From an uncultured Candidatus Saccharibacteria bacterium (GTDB lineage Bacteria > Patescibacteriota > Minisyncoccia > UBA6257 > 1-14-0-10-44-23): a stretch of DNA of 64,000 nt. This document shows positions 8,980 through 19,704 of the stretch, piece after piece; the stretch's first letter is position 1, and every line of letters begins with the position of its first letter. The stretch covers positions 155,922 to 219,921 of the forward strand of contig CAZJVT010000001.1 of the NCBI GenBank assembly GCA_964549935.1, written 5' to 3'. The notes under the pieces were generated by a model. The model was given only the letters and a program-made list of their open reading frames with translations. It ran no database searches and was not told the origin of the DNA. The position numbers were made by a program, and so were the translations under genes.

Positions 8980-9405
8980 ATGAAGGTTATTTTGCTTGCC
9001 GACGTTAAGGGCGTTGGCCGAAAGAATGAGATCAAAGATGTAGCAGATGGCTACGCGCGTAACTTTATTATTGCGCGTAAATTAGGCGTTGCCGCGGACC
9101 AAAAGGGTATGGGGGTAAAAGCAGTTGCAGATGCCAAAGAGCAGGCCGAGCTTAATCGGTTGCAGGCTTTCGTGGCGAAGCTGGCCAGTACAACCTTTGA
9201 GTTTGAAATCAAAACTGGAGAGCACAAGGAGGTCTTCGGTTCCGTTTCTCGCCGCGACCTAGAAACTGCTTTGCGTGCGAAGGGGATTAGTGAAGGTGAA
9301 TTAGTTTTAGATCACCCAATCAAATCAACCGGTGAGCACAAAGTCGAAGTGAATTTCGGCAAAGGAGTGAAGGGAGTTGCGAAGGTTGTCGTCAAAGCTG
9401 TTTAA
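8980..9405 (+). CDS. rplI: 50S ribosomal protein L9.
   Basis: [29 protein letters not shown] matches the L9 N-terminus. Confidence 0.85.
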   Translation: MKVILLADVKGVGRKNEIKDVADGYARNFIIARKLGVAADQKGMGVKAVADAKEQAELNRLQAFVAKLASTTFEFEIKTGEHKEVFGSVSRRDLETALRAKGISEGELVLDHPIKSTGEHKVEVNFGKGVKGVAKVVVKAV

Positions 9406-9407
9406 AA

Positions 9408-9440
9408 CAAAAAACCCGCCGATCGGCGGGTTTTTTGTTG
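9408..9440. terminator. Bidirectional rho-independent terminator between rplI and rpmA.
   Basis: aaaaacccgccgatcggcgggtttttt hairpin with A/T runs on both sides. Confidence 0.7.
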
Positions 9441-9441
9441 A

Positions 9442-9723
9442 TTACTTGGCTGGGATTACCGAGACGATCTTTGCGTAGCGGCGGGTGCCATCGAAGTTCG
9501 TCTTTTTCGTAGCCTTGAACTGGACGGTACCGGCGACTGCGGCGTAAAGAGTGTCATCTCCACCGCGAGTGATACCCTTACCGGTCAAAACATTGTTGCC
9601 GCGCTGGCGGACGACAATTTCACCCGGTTTAGCGAGCTGACCGTGGTTGATTTTAATACCAAGGCGCTTACTTTCGGAGTCGCGACCAAGCTTTGTAGAA
9701 CCTAGCGATTTTGTATGTGCCAT
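9442..9723 (-). CDS. rpmA: 50S ribosomal protein L27.
   Basis: MAHTKSLGSTKLGRDSESKRLGIK..VRQRG matches L27. Confidence 0.9.
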   Translation of the reverse strand: MAHTKSLGSTKLGRDSESKRLGIKINHGQLAKPGEIVVRQRGNNVLTGKGITRGGDDTLYAAVAGTVQFKATKKTNFDGTRRYAKIVSVIPAK

Positions 9724-9816
9724 ATAAGTCTAAATATTATCAGCCTGATTCCCGCCCTCGGTGAGTATTCCGTAGGCGAATTTCAGATTTAGCGATTATA
9801 CTGTAGAATAGTCTAT

Positions 9817-10536
9817 ATGTCTAGCCCTCAAAAACTTGTTATTGACATCGAGACCATCGGCCACGATTTTGACTCATTTGATAAGGCGACACAAGAAAAC
9901 TTAACCCGTTGGATCAAGCAGGAGAGTGAGAGTGACGAGGAGTACGAAATTGCACTACAAAACTTGAAGGATGGGCTAGGGTTTTCGCCGCTGACGGGCG
10001 AGATTGTCGCTATCGGCGTCTTAGATCATCACAAGCAGCAGGGCGTGGTTTACTACCAGGCGCCGGACGCGAAGCTGGAGGAGGTGACGGAGGGCAACAT
10101 TACGTATAAGCCAATGACCGAGGGCGCGATGCTGGATGCCTTTTGGAAGGGTGCACTTAAGTATCAGCATTTTATTACCTTTAACGGGCGACAGTTTGAC
10201 GCGCCGTTTTTGGCCCTGCGCAGCGCGGTTAATGGTGTACGACCGACTAAGGATTTAACGCGCGCCCGTTATTTGTATCAGCAGTCGCCGGATGCGGTGC
10301 ATATTGATTTACTTGATCAGCTTTCATATTACGGCGCGGTGCGTAAAAAGGGTACGCTGCATTTGTACACCCGAGCGTTTGGGATTAAGAGCCCGAAGGC
10401 AAGCGGTATTGAGGGCGACGATGTCGGGCGATTATTTAAAGAAAAGAAGTATCTGGACATCGCGAGGTACAACGCCGGCGATTTGTTTGCGACCAGCGAG
10501 CTGTACAAAAAGTGGGAGGAGTATTTGAGTTTTTAA
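9817..10536 (+). CDS. RNase H-like 3'-5' exonuclease (PolB-exonuclease-domain-like family, COG3298-like).
   Basis: DIETIG acidic motif near the N-terminus and FNGRQFDAPFL exo II-like motif. Confidence 0.55.
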   Translation: MSSPQKLVIDIETIGHDFDSFDKATQENLTRWIKQESESDEEYEIALQNLKDGLGFSPLTGEIVAIGVLDHHKQQGVVYYQAPDAKLEEVTEGNITYKPMTEGAMLDAFWKGALKYQHFITFNGRQFDAPFLALRSAVNGVRPTKDLTRARYLYQQSPDAVHIDLLDQLSYYGAVRKKGTLHLYTRAFGIKSPKASGIEGDDVGRLFKEKKYLDIARYNAGDLFATSELYKKWEEYLSF

Positions 10537-10539
10537 GAT

Positions 10540-10704
10540 ATGATCGCGCAGGCAAAATTATTTCTGAACGATCGGCGCAAGGAGGTGGTTATCTTTATTT
10601 TATTTTTCCTGGTCAGCACCATTAGTTTCGCGCTGGGCTACATCAGCGCAAATCAAAGCAACCGGTCGGCAATCGTGATTCAAAAAGTAGATACCGGTAA
10701 GTAA
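10540..10704 (+). CDS. Possible small single-pass membrane protein (54 aa).
   Basis: ATG 4 nt after the exonuclease stop; hydrophobic segment VVIFILFFLVSTISFALGYI. Short and unsupported otherwise. Confidence 0.25.
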   Translation: MIAQAKLFLNDRRKEVVIFILFFLVSTISFALGYISANQSNRSAIVIQKVDTGK

Positions 10705-10705
10705 T

Positions 10706-11152
10706 ATGCAAAACCTCTCTGCCGCAAAACTACTCGGGTTTGCTGCTGCAGGGGTGCTACTTGTCGGAGTGGGTGTTTTGCTCGGAAGAGTTGATTTTTC
10801 TACTTCAAAACTTGTTCAGCAGGCGAATGGTTTTCGTTTGCTCGCCGAAGTGCCGCGCCAGACAAGCAGTTCAATCGTGAGCACTGCAGACGCTGCCAAG
10901 CCTGCCACTAAAAAATCAGGATTTGTCGCCGCGGCACAGGCCGTTTTTTCTGCCCGTAGCGTCGTAGCCGCAACGACAACGCCGGCTACAACCACAACTT
11001 CGACGATAGTTTTCGCGGCCAGGACATCGGAAATTTCTTTGCCTGTTGCGGATGACTGTAAATTTCAGACGAATCAGTTCCCAAATTACGAAAATTTAGT
11101 TTTAAACGAAATCGCCTGGATGGGCACGCCGGAGGACAGCGGCAACGAATGG
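10706..11152 (+). pseudogene. 5' fragment of a secreted lamin-tail-domain (LTD) protein gene, interrupted by the integrated element.
   Basis: N-terminal TM anchor and a low-complexity linker. The fragment ends ..YENLVLNEIAWMGTPEDSGNEW, exactly at the conserved LTD start (NEIAW..NEW-IEL), then runs into element DNA and stops at 11185. Confidence 0.6.
11143..11152. repeat. Left 10-bp direct repeat (caacgaatgg) at the insertion junction of the integrated element.
   Basis: The identical 10-mer occurs at 21371-21380. It encodes the N-E-W of the LTD motif on both sides. Confidence 0.6.
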
Positions 11153-11256
11153 CCTGTCCCGCAAAAGGATTACCGATATATCTAAAGGTCGATCTTTGTA
11201 AGAAAGAGCATACTTCTGCCGTTGTCTGAATTATCTTTCTTTGACATACTGGAACA

Positions 11257-13254
11257 ATGGATAAAAAGCGCCAATCACGAATTTACGAACTATTGAAGAA
11301 AGGACTAGCTCTTATAGGGGCTGGAGAAGAATTGCCTGTTGATTGGGCTAAAGAATTTTTCCCACCTGAGAGGAGAGAGTATGAGCTTGTTTATCATGGC
11401 AAAGAGTCAGAAGAAAATATTCTTGCTGACACGATGTCGGTTCCATTGCAGCCAGTTAGCAACTTTGGGGAGGATAACGGAGAGTGGGATAACAAGTTGA
11501 TTTTTGGAGATAATCTTCAGGCTATGAAAAAGTTGGTGGAGATGAAAGAAAGAGGTGAGCTGGTTAATGCAGACGGAACTTCTGGGGTTCGTTTGATTTA
11601 TATCGATCCTCCTTTTGCGACTAAAAGAGATTTTCATGGCACTAGAGATCAAGAGGCGTATCAGGATAAGATTGTTGGTGCTGAATTTTTAGAATTTCTC
11701 AGAAAGAGATTAGTTTTTTTAAGGCAGCTCATTGCTGAAGGCGGCACAATTTATGTGCATCTCGATTCTAGAAAGGGTCATTATATCAAGACGATTATGG
11801 ATGAGATTTTTAGCGGTTTCGAGTTTGCTGAAATCGCATGGGTTTGCGGTTTAATGGGTTCAGGCAAATACTATCCGAAAGCTCATGAAAATATTTATTG
11901 CTACAAGTCACCAAGGGCACCATTTAACCCTCCTCCGAGAATCGGTCTTTCTCAAAGGATCACCAAGGCTTTGCAAAAAGACAAAAATGGATGGTTCTAT
12001 ACACGAGGCAAAGAGAGCAGCGGAGGATCAAGTTATCTTAAATCTTACATTTGCTTAGATTCGAAATTGAGCAAAGAACAAGCAATCGAATTTGCCAATG
12101 AATATAGGCCTCAACAAGCATGGAGTGTTTGGATGGGCAAAAGAGAACTCGCTTATGAATTCAATGATTATCCAGTTGGAACCTATGCATATACAGGGAC
12201 CGAGAGCGTAGGATATCCAACTCAAAAGCCAGAAGCTTTGTTGGCGAGGATTATAAATGCTTCTTCTAACAAAGGAGATATCGTGCTTGATGCCTTCGCT
12301 GGTTCGGGAACGACATGCGCCGTAGCGGAAAAGCTAGGACGGCGTTGGATTGGAATTGATTGCGGTAAGTTATCTATCTATACAATCCAAAAGCGCTTGC
12401 TGAACCTTCGTTCAGAAATTGGTAATACGGGCGATCTAATAAAACCAAAACATTTTACGCTCTATAATGCAGGATTATATGATTTTGATTCTTTACGGAA
12501 ACTGCCGTGGGAAAGTTGGAGATTTTTTGCTTTACAGCTTTTCGGCTGCAAAGACGAAACGCACAAGATTAAGGGGTTTCATCTAGATGGCAAGAAGCAA
12601 GGTTACAGCGTCTTAGTTTTCAATCATTTTCAGAATGGGGTTATTAGTAGGGAGACGATTGAAGAGCTGCATGCACACATCGGGAAACAAATCGGCAATA
12701 AATGCTTCATCATAGCTCCTCGAGGTGCCTTTTTGTTTCAAGAAGATTATTTAGAGCTAGACAGCGTGAGATATTATGCGCTTCGTATTCCTTACTCATT
12801 TATCAACGATCTTCATGCGCGACAATTCTCTGCCCTTACTCAGCCAAATGATGAGACTGCTGTTAATGAAACTGTTGAGGCAGTAGGGTTTGATTTTATC
12901 CAAGCGCCCGCCGTGGATTACCAGCTCCAGCAAGTGGGAGAATTTACTTATTTGAAAATTAAAAAATTTGAAAGTCGGGCAAGAGTCCGCGGGAGCGATC
13001 AGAGGGGTGGGCTTGAAACATTTTCGATGCTTATGATTGATTCAAATTATGATGGCAAGGTTTTTGATCTGGATCAGGTATATTTTGCCCATGACATTGA
13101 AGTTGCGAAATGGCGGATGAAGTTGCCAACTGGTCGGGGAGACATTATGGCGGTATTTCTGGACATTTATGGTAATGAAGCTAGAATTCTTTTGCGAAAG
13201 GGAATACCCTTGAGAGCGCCTCGGAAAGTAGCTGTTAGGAAAAAACATGCCTAG
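11257..13254 (+). CDS. mod: Type III restriction-modification system N6-adenine DNA methyltransferase (Mod subunit).
   Basis: [29 protein letters not shown] (motif IV DPPF) and [11 protein letters not shown] (motif I). At 665 aa its size fits Mod. Confidence 0.85.
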   Translation: MDKKRQSRIYELLKKGLALIGAGEELPVDWAKEFFPPERREYELVYHGKESEENILADTMSVPLQPVSNFGEDNGEWDNKLIFGDNLQAMKKLVEMKERGELVNADGTSGVRLIYIDPPFATKRDFHGTRDQEAYQDKIVGAEFLEFLRKRLVFLRQLIAEGGTIYVHLDSRKGHYIKTIMDEIFSGFEFAEIAWVCGLMGSGKYYPKAHENIYCYKSPRAPFNPPPRIGLSQRITKALQKDKNGWFYTRGKESSGGSSYLKSYICLDSKLSKEQAIEFANEYRPQQAWSVWMGKRELAYEFNDYPVGTYAYTGTESVGYPTQKPEALLARIINASSNKGDIVLDAFAGSGTTCAVAEKLGRRWIGIDCGKLSIYTIQKRLLNLRSEIGNTGDLIKPKHFTLYNAGLYDFDSLRKLPWESWRFFALQLFGCKDETHKIKGFHLDGKKQGYSVLVFNHFQNGVISRETIEELHAHIGKQIGNKCFIIAPRGAFLFQEDYLELDSVRYYALRIPYSFINDLHARQFSALTQPNDETAVNETVEAVGFDFIQAPAVDYQLQQVGEFTYLKIKKFESRARVRGSDQRGGLETFSMLMIDSNYDGKVFDLDQVYFAHDIEVAKWRMKLPTGRGDIMAVFLDIYGNEARILLRKGIPLRAPRKVAVRKKHA

Positions 13255-15775
13255 AACAAATTCAAATCAGGAGAGTTTCCAAAATGAAGACCTCGTACTC
13301 AAGGTCAGTCCTGCTGTTGATCGGAGACGATGGGATGAGGATCGGTATGAGGCTTTTTTGGATGAACTTTGTGGTTCTCGTGAATTTCAGAAAAAAGCGA
13401 TCCAGACTGCATTGAGATATTTGCTTGGACAAGAATATTCTGATCTTAAAGAATTGGCTCATTCTAATTTTGAGCAGAACGAAATGCTCCCTAAAAGATA
13501 TGGGTCATGGGCTAATATGGAGAGGAATTTGCAATTACCCAAACAGCTTTCTGCCTCGCTTGATTTAGCAACGGGCACAGGGAAAAGTTATGTGATGTAT
13601 GGAATTGCTGCGATCATGCTTGCTGAAGGTGCAGTAGATCGAGTCTTGATACTTTGTCCTTCTACTACAATCGAAACGGGGCTCGTGGAAAAATTTAAGA
13701 ATTTAGCAGCTCAGGCCGATCTAAGAAATCTTTTACCTGCCGATGTTAAATTGAAATCTCCAAAGATTATAGATGCCCGTGAAAGCATAACCAGTGGCAG
13801 TATTTGTATTGAGAATTATCATGCAATTTTAGAGCATGTGCGTTCTTCAATCAGAGAAAGCTTGGAGGGTAAAGGCGAAAGAACATTAATTCTAAATGAT
13901 GAAGCTCATCATGTAGCTAATGAGAGTACTGCTAAGGTTGGAAAGTGGAAAGAATTTTTAACTGATAAGAAATTTAATTTTAAGTATATTATCGGCGTAT
14001 CGGGCACATGCTATATCAGCAATGAATATTTTACGGATGTCATTTTCCGTTACTCATTGCGGCAAGCGATGGACGAAGGTTTTGTGAAAAAAGTGCATTA
14101 TGTGGCAGAGATGCCGACGACATCAAGTCCTGATGTTAAGTGGCAGTTGGTTTTGAACCGACATAATGAGATCGGTAAGAAATTAAAGGTACGCAAAATT
14201 CGTCCTTTGACGATTGTCGTTACTCAGACTATCGAGAGGTGCAAAGATGTTGCCGAGGAGCTAAAGGCATTTCTCATGGATCAGTCTGGGAAAACTCGTG
14301 AGCAGATTGATGAACAGGTATTGGTTGTATACAATAATGCGCCTGATGTTTTAAGGCTTTCTTCTGTAGACTCAAATAAAAGTAAAGTAGAGTGGATTCT
14401 GTCTGTCTCAATGTTGAATGAGGGGTGGGATGTAAAAAGAGTTTTCCAAATTGTTCCTCATGAGGAGAGAGCATTTAATAGTAAATTGCTTATAGCACAA
14501 GTGTTAGGTCGAGGTTTGCGCAAGCCAGAGGGCTGGCAGGGCGAGCAGCCGCAAATTACAGTTTTCAACCATGATGCATGGGCTTCGAGAATTAAGAAGT
14601 TGGTTGACGAGATAACAGAGTCAGAGAAAAGAATACCGACTTTCCCTATCAAGAATTCTTCTCTAAATTTTGAATTACTTAATATTGAGTACGATCCTAA
14701 GCCATATACTACAACTTATCCGATGGAGCGTCCTTATCGTATCTTTACCAAAGGATATATCGATTTAGCAACAGAAAAACCTGTCGAAGATGTCAGTATT
14801 GAATTTGTAGATGCTGGCTCAGGGCTAAGAACAAATTGGAAAACGAAGATTAAGCACAAGACTCATTCAGTCAAGGAGGTTGTAGAAGTGATGCATCAGC
14901 GCTTAGAGGATGCTGATCATTTGATAAATCCTAATTCCAAAGACAGTGAGCATTATACAAGTCAGTTTCCTAGATCTAAACTCGAAGAAATCATTAAGGA
15001 GTCTCTTAAGATGGCTGGCGTTAAAGATATCACAGACGGAATCAGGCAAAAGTTTCTTCAATCTTTAGGAACTTTACAGCGTAAGGAGGCTCAGGTTGTT
15101 CGTTATAAGTTCGAAGTGCAGAAGTACTTTCCTGTTGCTACTCAAGATCGATCTGACGAGAGCGTGAGTGCTGCTGATTTAAGAAGTTCGAATAAGACTT
15201 TATTCTTTACTGCCAAGACAGTCGAGACGCTTCCTGATGAGTCTAAGGAGTTCTATGGAGAAGCTACTGAGCCGGGCAGCGGATTTAAGTGTTACCCTAT
15301 TTCGAATTATCATGATTTTAGAAGTCCGTTAAATGCAGTAATCGCCGATCATGAGAATGAACGTCGTTTTATCAAGGAGTTGATTAATACCGAGAATACT
15401 CCGCATATAGTAAGCTGGATTAAGTCTACATCAATGGGGTTTTATGAAATTGATTATGCATGGAAAAAAGGCGAGCATCCGAAGAGAGGGAAGTTCAACC
15501 CAGACTTTTTTGTGTTGACTAAAAAGTTAGTCTTGGTAGCTGAAATCAAAGATGATTTAGAATTGAATGATCCGTCTGAAGAGAATCGCAAAAAAAGTGA
15601 ATATGCTCAACAGCATTTCGAGAGGATCAATGCCTTTCTTGCTAAGAAGAAAGCTTCTGTTAGGTACAAGTTTAATTTTCTGACCCCTTCTGATTTCGGC
15701 GGTTACTTTCAAAGTATCCGTGATGATAGTGTTCAGAACTTTCGTTCTAAACTAGATGTGAAATTAGCTGAATAG
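13247..15775 (+). CDS. res: Type III restriction endonuclease Res subunit (SF2 helicase-like).
   Basis: Walker [12 protein letters not shown] and DEAH box [10 protein letters not shown]. Its start overlaps the mod stop by 8 nt. 842 aa. Confidence 0.85.
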   Translation: MPRTNSNQESFQNEDLVLKVSPAVDRRRWDEDRYEAFLDELCGSREFQKKAIQTALRYLLGQEYSDLKELAHSNFEQNEMLPKRYGSWANMERNLQLPKQLSASLDLATGTGKSYVMYGIAAIMLAEGAVDRVLILCPSTTIETGLVEKFKNLAAQADLRNLLPADVKLKSPKIIDARESITSGSICIENYHAILEHVRSSIRESLEGKGERTLILNDEAHHVANESTAKVGKWKEFLTDKKFNFKYIIGVSGTCYISNEYFTDVIFRYSLRQAMDEGFVKKVHYVAEMPTTSSPDVKWQLVLNRHNEIGKKLKVRKIRPLTIVVTQTIERCKDVAEELKAFLMDQSGKTREQIDEQVLVVYNNAPDVLRLSSVDSNKSKVEWILSVSMLNEGWDVKRVFQIVPHEERAFNSKLLIAQVLGRGLRKPEGWQGEQPQITVFNHDAWASRIKKLVDEITESEKRIPTFPIKNSSLNFELLNIEYDPKPYTTTYPMERPYRIFTKGYIDLATEKPVEDVSIEFVDAGSGLRTNWKTKIKHKTHSVKEVVEVMHQRLEDADHLINPNSKDSEHYTSQFPRSKLEEIIKESLKMAGVKDITDGIRQKFLQSLGTLQRKEAQVVRYKFEVQKYFPVATQDRSDESVSAADLRSSNKTLFFTAKTVETLPDESKEFYGEATEPGSGFKCYPISNYHDFRSPLNAVIADHENERRFIKELINTENTPHIVSWIKSTSMGFYEIDYAWKKGEHPKRGKFNPDFFVLTKKLVLVAEIKDDLELNDPSEENRKKSEYAQQHFERINAFLAKKKASVRYKFNFLTPSDFGGYFQSIRDDSVQNFRSKLDVKLAE

Positions 15776-16020
15776 TTTTTGTCCCTGAATCAAGTCCTTA
15801 AATTTACAAAGGAGCATCTCTATCCTATAGTTAAGGTACAATTTAATTGACCTAACCCATTCGAGCAATCGAATGGCACGGTCTTAAAACCAATCACGGC
15901 AGAAAGCTCCTAGTCAGAGCAACCGTGATTGGTCATATCTGGAAACGGATATGGGTGGCCCGAAAGGGTTTCATCGCTGGCTGGGAGCTTTGTGATTTCT
16001 GGCTGGCTCATTAACAATTT

Positions 16021-16194
16021 ATGAAAATAAAAACTTCGTGGGGGGATAACAAGAGATCATTAATTGCTCTTGCGATCTGGATTGGCTTTCTGTTCATCAT
16101 GAACAGCATGGGCATTCAGCTCGGTTTAGTCGTTAACCTACTTATTGCCGTAGTACTCTTTTACTTAGCGCATAAAACTAAGAAACATGAATAA
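16021..16194 (+). CDS. Small two-TM membrane protein (57 aa); its start overlaps the next gene.
   Basis: MKIKTSWGDNKRSLIALAIWIGFLFIMNSMGIQLGLVVNLLIAVVLFYLAH. ATGA-type overlap with the 16187 ORF. Confidence 0.35.
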   Translation: MKIKTSWGDNKRSLIALAIWIGFLFIMNSMGIQLGLVVNLLIAVVLFYLAHKTKKHE

Positions 16195-16540
16195 TCAGTA
16201 TGCTCGTAAGATAGCTTGGTTACTTCTTGTCGTAGTGGTAGTGCTGCTATACATGGCGGGCTTCTGGTCAGCAGTATGGTCGTTGTTTAAGTCATTGCTG
16301 CTGCTAATTATTGCACCGTTCTTTCTCTTCGGAGATTTGATTGAGAAGAATTCGGCTGTATTGAATTGGGTTGTAGGTCTCGGATTTGGCTTGATGGCGA
16401 TAGGACTTGTTCTACAAAATCAGCACTTCAAGAAAATCACAGGTAAGGAGTATCCGAAGCTTGTGAAATGGATTACGAGAATTGCAACTGTGGTAGTTGC
16501 TTTCAGCGGCATATCTCTTTTGCTTTCAAAATTGTTCTAG
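16187..16540 (+). CDS. Hypothetical membrane protein (3 TM).
   Basis: Hydrophobic segments LLLVVVVVLLYMAGFW, LLLLIIAPFFLFG and VVGLGFGLMAIGLVL. Confidence 0.5.
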   Translation: MNNQYARKIAWLLLVVVVVLLYMAGFWSAVWSLFKSLLLLIIAPFFLFGDLIEKNSAVLNWVVGLGFGLMAIGLVLQNQHFKKITGKEYPKLVKWITRIATVVVAFSGISLLLSKLF

Positions 16541-16619
16541 CGCTTGGCTAACCTTTTCAACCAGCATGCTTATCTCTTAAAATTAAGAGGTAGCATTCAT
16601 GTCATCGTGTTAATCGAAC

Positions 16620-17045
16620 ATGGCATTTCAAAAAGGAAACAAGTACGGTAAAGGAGCAAAGCCATCAAATGCAACATTGGCTCAGCGGAAGATGCGCGAG
16701 TGGCTGATGAAGCACCTAGAGAAAGACATGCCAGAGTTGTATCAAGCGCAGCTGTCTCTTGCAAAGGGATATCAGATACTGCTTGCTCGTCAATTTGAAA
16801 CAGATACGAAAACAGGCAGAAAGAGCAGAACTGGCAAATGGGTCATGATTACTGATCCGGAGGAAGCACTGCAACTTTTGAATGGTAACCAGAAAGATAT
16901 TTTCAAGATGGTTACGACAGAGCCAGATCCCAAGGCATCTTCGTACTTAATGAGCCAAGCAGTTGGAGCACCAACTCAAACTGTTGAGATGCCTGCATTG
17001 GCGGATTCATTAGTTGAGATTATCAGCCGAATGGATGCGGAATAG
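16620..17045 (+). CDS. Hypothetical protein. The Lys/Gly-rich N-terminus resembles phage small-terminase or DNA-binding proteins.
   Basis: MAFQKGNKYGKGAKPSNATLAQRKMREWLMKHLE..; resemblance is by pattern memory only. Confidence 0.35.
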   Translation: MAFQKGNKYGKGAKPSNATLAQRKMREWLMKHLEKDMPELYQAQLSLAKGYQILLARQFETDTKTGRKSRTGKWVMITDPEEALQLLNGNQKDIFKMVTTEPDPKASSYLMSQAVGAPTQTVEMPALADSLVEIISRMDAE

Positions 17046-17262
17046 CCGTATTACGAGAGAGGATAAACAGCTCCGTAGCAGAGCGTAATCAGCTCAAATT
17101 GGTATCTTTGCCTGCTTGATAGCAGGTTATCATTGGTTTCAGGGTAGAGAGCGTTATGCGTCATTTTAAGCTCGTTTTTGATCAAAACAGGTATTAAGGC
17201 AGGTAATACCTGCTGTTTTTGACAGTTTCGTATTAGAGGTCTAAACTCGGTTAAAACGAAGT

Positions 17263-17661
17263 ATGAAAGTACCCTTCGATATTTGCTGTCCAAACTGTCA
17301 CTTGCTTCTTCTCGAAGACGGTGTCCTTAGTGATCATGGAGAACCTCGTTACTTTGATTGTCAAAGGTGTTCTGTGACTTTCTCTCTTAACATGAGCAGT
17401 GTCGGAAGGCCCGATGAAGGTCAGAAAGGAATCAACGGCCAATTTGAATTCGAGCTTGTAATCGGTCCAGAGAAAGAGGGTCGGCGTTGGACGCAGCTGA
17501 ATCAGAATTTGCTTCCTGTCTTGAGCTGTCCGCTGATGGGTCGTATTGAAGTCGGTCAATCCATCGGAGGGCTATCTTATCTAGGAGACGACACCCCGTT
17601 GAACTGTAATTTCTGTGGTGCGAAATTCCTGACAAGGATTTTATATCAAGAGAGCGATTGA
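17263..17661 (+). CDS. Hypothetical zinc-ribbon protein.
   Basis: Cys pairs CCPNCH..CQRC..CNFCG arranged like a double zinc ribbon. Confidence 0.45.
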   Translation: MKVPFDICCPNCHLLLLEDGVLSDHGEPRYFDCQRCSVTFSLNMSSVGRPDEGQKGINGQFEFELVIGPEKEGRRWTQLNQNLLPVLSCPLMGRIEVGQSIGGLSYLGDDTPLNCNFCGAKFLTRILYQESD

Positions 17662-18024
17662 CTTTTTAATAAATTGCGCTATCATGACACTGTCGGTAAT
17701 TAAATAAGTGCTTGAGGAGCTGTCGGGAGGTGCTAGTGATTCCACGGAGTGGAAGTACCTAGCTTGTGAACAACAAGAAGGCCTTCGGTAGATCCAAACT
17801 AACTCTTTTTGAGTTAAGGTTTGGGTTTTCCGAGGGCTATTTTGTTTCTTGAACAAGAAGCGGATAGGCAAAATTGCGGTACGCGGACTGAAGTTCAATC
17901 CTGATATCAGCCCCAGCGTTCAGTCTGAAATCATCGACCAGCTGTTGGGCGTTTTAGGCATTGCCGGATTTGGTATGGGGCGGAGGGAGACAAGTAAAGG
18001 TCGAGCACCTCCGAACAGAAAAAT

Positions 18025-18414
18025 ATGAAACTCATACCCACAGGTAATTTTCTTATGGTTCCCAGTGAGCTGATTGAGGGCTATATGAAGAAAATGGAGT
18101 ATCCAGAGTTTTGCTTTTTTATGGCGCTGTTGATGTTGGCGCATAGGTATTCTGATGAATTCTATTGCTCAGACGAAAGAATCTCAAAAAAGTTCGGAAT
18201 CAGTAAGCGAACTATCAGCAGATGCCGTAAACAATTGGAATTGAAAAAGTTGATTGAATTCAATCCGGGATATCGTAATGGTAAGGCGGCACGAGCAACA
18301 ACTTATAAGATTTTCCCAAGTAAGGCCCTGCGGATCAAGTTGCGCATCAAGCAGCATGCCAAGTCGGCTCCTACCCAGCAAGCCAAGCGGGCAAGCCAAT
18401 TAAGAAACAAGTAG
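18025..18414 (+). CDS. Helix-turn-helix protein resembling the N-terminal HTH of phage or plasmid replication initiators.
   Basis: ISKKFGISKRTISRCRKQLELKKLIEF is an HTH. It is preceded by a 360-nt noncoding region with direct repeats. Confidence 0.45.
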   Translation: MKLIPTGNFLMVPSELIEGYMKKMEYPEFCFFMALLMLAHRYSDEFYCSDERISKKFGISKRTISRCRKQLELKKLIEFNPGYRNGKAARATTYKIFPSKALRIKLRIKQHAKSAPTQQAKRASQLRNK

Positions 18415-18453
18415 TTAATTAATAAAAGTAAATAACTTATTAACTTCGTTAAT

Positions 18454-18861
18454 ATGCAAAATCGAGATTTTAAGGAGAAGCTGGATCAATTCAGGAAAGA
18501 ACATCTAAAGAAATACAAAGCTCAGTCAGATGTGCAAAAAGTCGTAGAGTTCTTTTTCCTCGTTAAGGATTTTCGAAAGACCCTTAATTGGAAGCCGCCG
18601 TTTGCCCAGAATGTCAGGGTTGCTAAACAGATCATCGAGTGGGCAAGAGGCGATTTAATAAGGGCATATGGACTCATTTATGACTGCTCACTGTATTTTG
18701 AAGAGAAGAAGTTGCACGACTGGGGCTTGAACGGTGTTTATAGGTCCATACCTGCGTATAAGGAGAATAGGATTTATCATCAGCACGAGAATCTATCTGA
18801 AGAGCAGCAGTCCGAAATTGAAGAGGCAAGAACACGAAAGCGTATTGCAGAGATGAGCTAA
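18454..18861 (+). CDS. Hypothetical protein (135 aa).
   Basis: Clean ORF with protein-like composition inside the element; no recognisable motif. Confidence 0.4.
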   Translation: MQNRDFKEKLDQFRKEHLKKYKAQSDVQKVVEFFFLVKDFRKTLNWKPPFAQNVRVAKQIIEWARGDLIRAYGLIYDCSLYFEEKKLHDWGLNGVYRSIPAYKENRIYHQHENLSEEQQSEIEEARTRKRIAEMS

Positions 18862-18921
18862 CACCGTTGTTAACAGTCGTCCTTTAGAGGTTCTTTCGTA
18901 TCTCTTATTATTAAACGAAAT

Positions 18922-19704
18922 ATGAAAAATCTCTCTCAGGAGATACAAAGGCAGGCCTACGGCTATATTCGTGTCAGCACATCAGAGCAAAGCGAGAGTG
19001 GTTTGGGCTTAGATGTTCAGCAAAGTCAGATTGAGAAATACTGCAAAGACAAAGGCATTGAGTTAATAAAGATTTTTGAAGATCCGGGCTTTTCAGGTGC
19101 CGATGCTGATCGTCCGGGTCTTCAGAGTCTGATTATTCAGGCAAAGAGCAACGGTGTAAACCTGATACTGCTGGCTCACTCAAGCCGTCTTGCAAGAGAT
19201 TCAATGCTTGCAGAAATTATCTATCGTGATTTGAGAAAAAACGGCATTACCCTTGTCTCGGTTGCACAGCCAAGCTATTACGAAGAAGACGGAGACTTTC
19301 AGAGAAAGCTCGTCAGGACGATTCTAAGTGCTTTTGACGAATACGAGAAATCACTGATTAGTTGGAGACTTAAAAACGGTAGAGCAAAAAGAGTTGAGCT
19401 AGGAGGTTGGCATGGAGGCTGGGTTTACGGTTATCGGCACGGCAAAAAAGGCAAGCTCATAATCAACCAGAAAGAGGCCGACACAGTGAAAAAAATGTTC
19501 TATCTCCGTAAAAGCAAACGAATGAGTCATACGGGGATTGCTAGGGTGCTAAACAGTGAGGGCATTCCAACTAAAAAGAAAGATGCAAAGTGGCACAGTG
19601 CCACGGTTAAGAAGATGTTGAATAATCCGATTTACAAAGGGCTGCTTAATTATCGAGGTAAGACATATCAAGGTCATCATGAAAAAATCATTAAAGACGA
19701 ATGA
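18922..19704 (+). CDS. Serine recombinase with a resolvase catalytic domain plus a partial recombinase domain, and no zinc ribbon or coiled coil.
   Basis: YGYIRVSTSEQSESGLGLDVQQSQI holds the catalytic Ser region. GGWHGGWVYGYR..PIYKGLL is recombinase-domain-like. Confidence 0.8.
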   Translation: MKNLSQEIQRQAYGYIRVSTSEQSESGLGLDVQQSQIEKYCKDKGIELIKIFEDPGFSGADADRPGLQSLIIQAKSNGVNLILLAHSSRLARDSMLAEIIYRDLRKNGITLVSVAQPSYYEEDGDFQRKLVRTILSAFDEYEKSLISWRLKNGRAKRVELGGWHGGWVYGYRHGKKGKLIINQKEADTVKKMFYLRKSKRMSHTGIARVLNSEGIPTKKKDAKWHSATVKKMLNNPIYKGLLNYRGKTYQGHHEKIIKDE

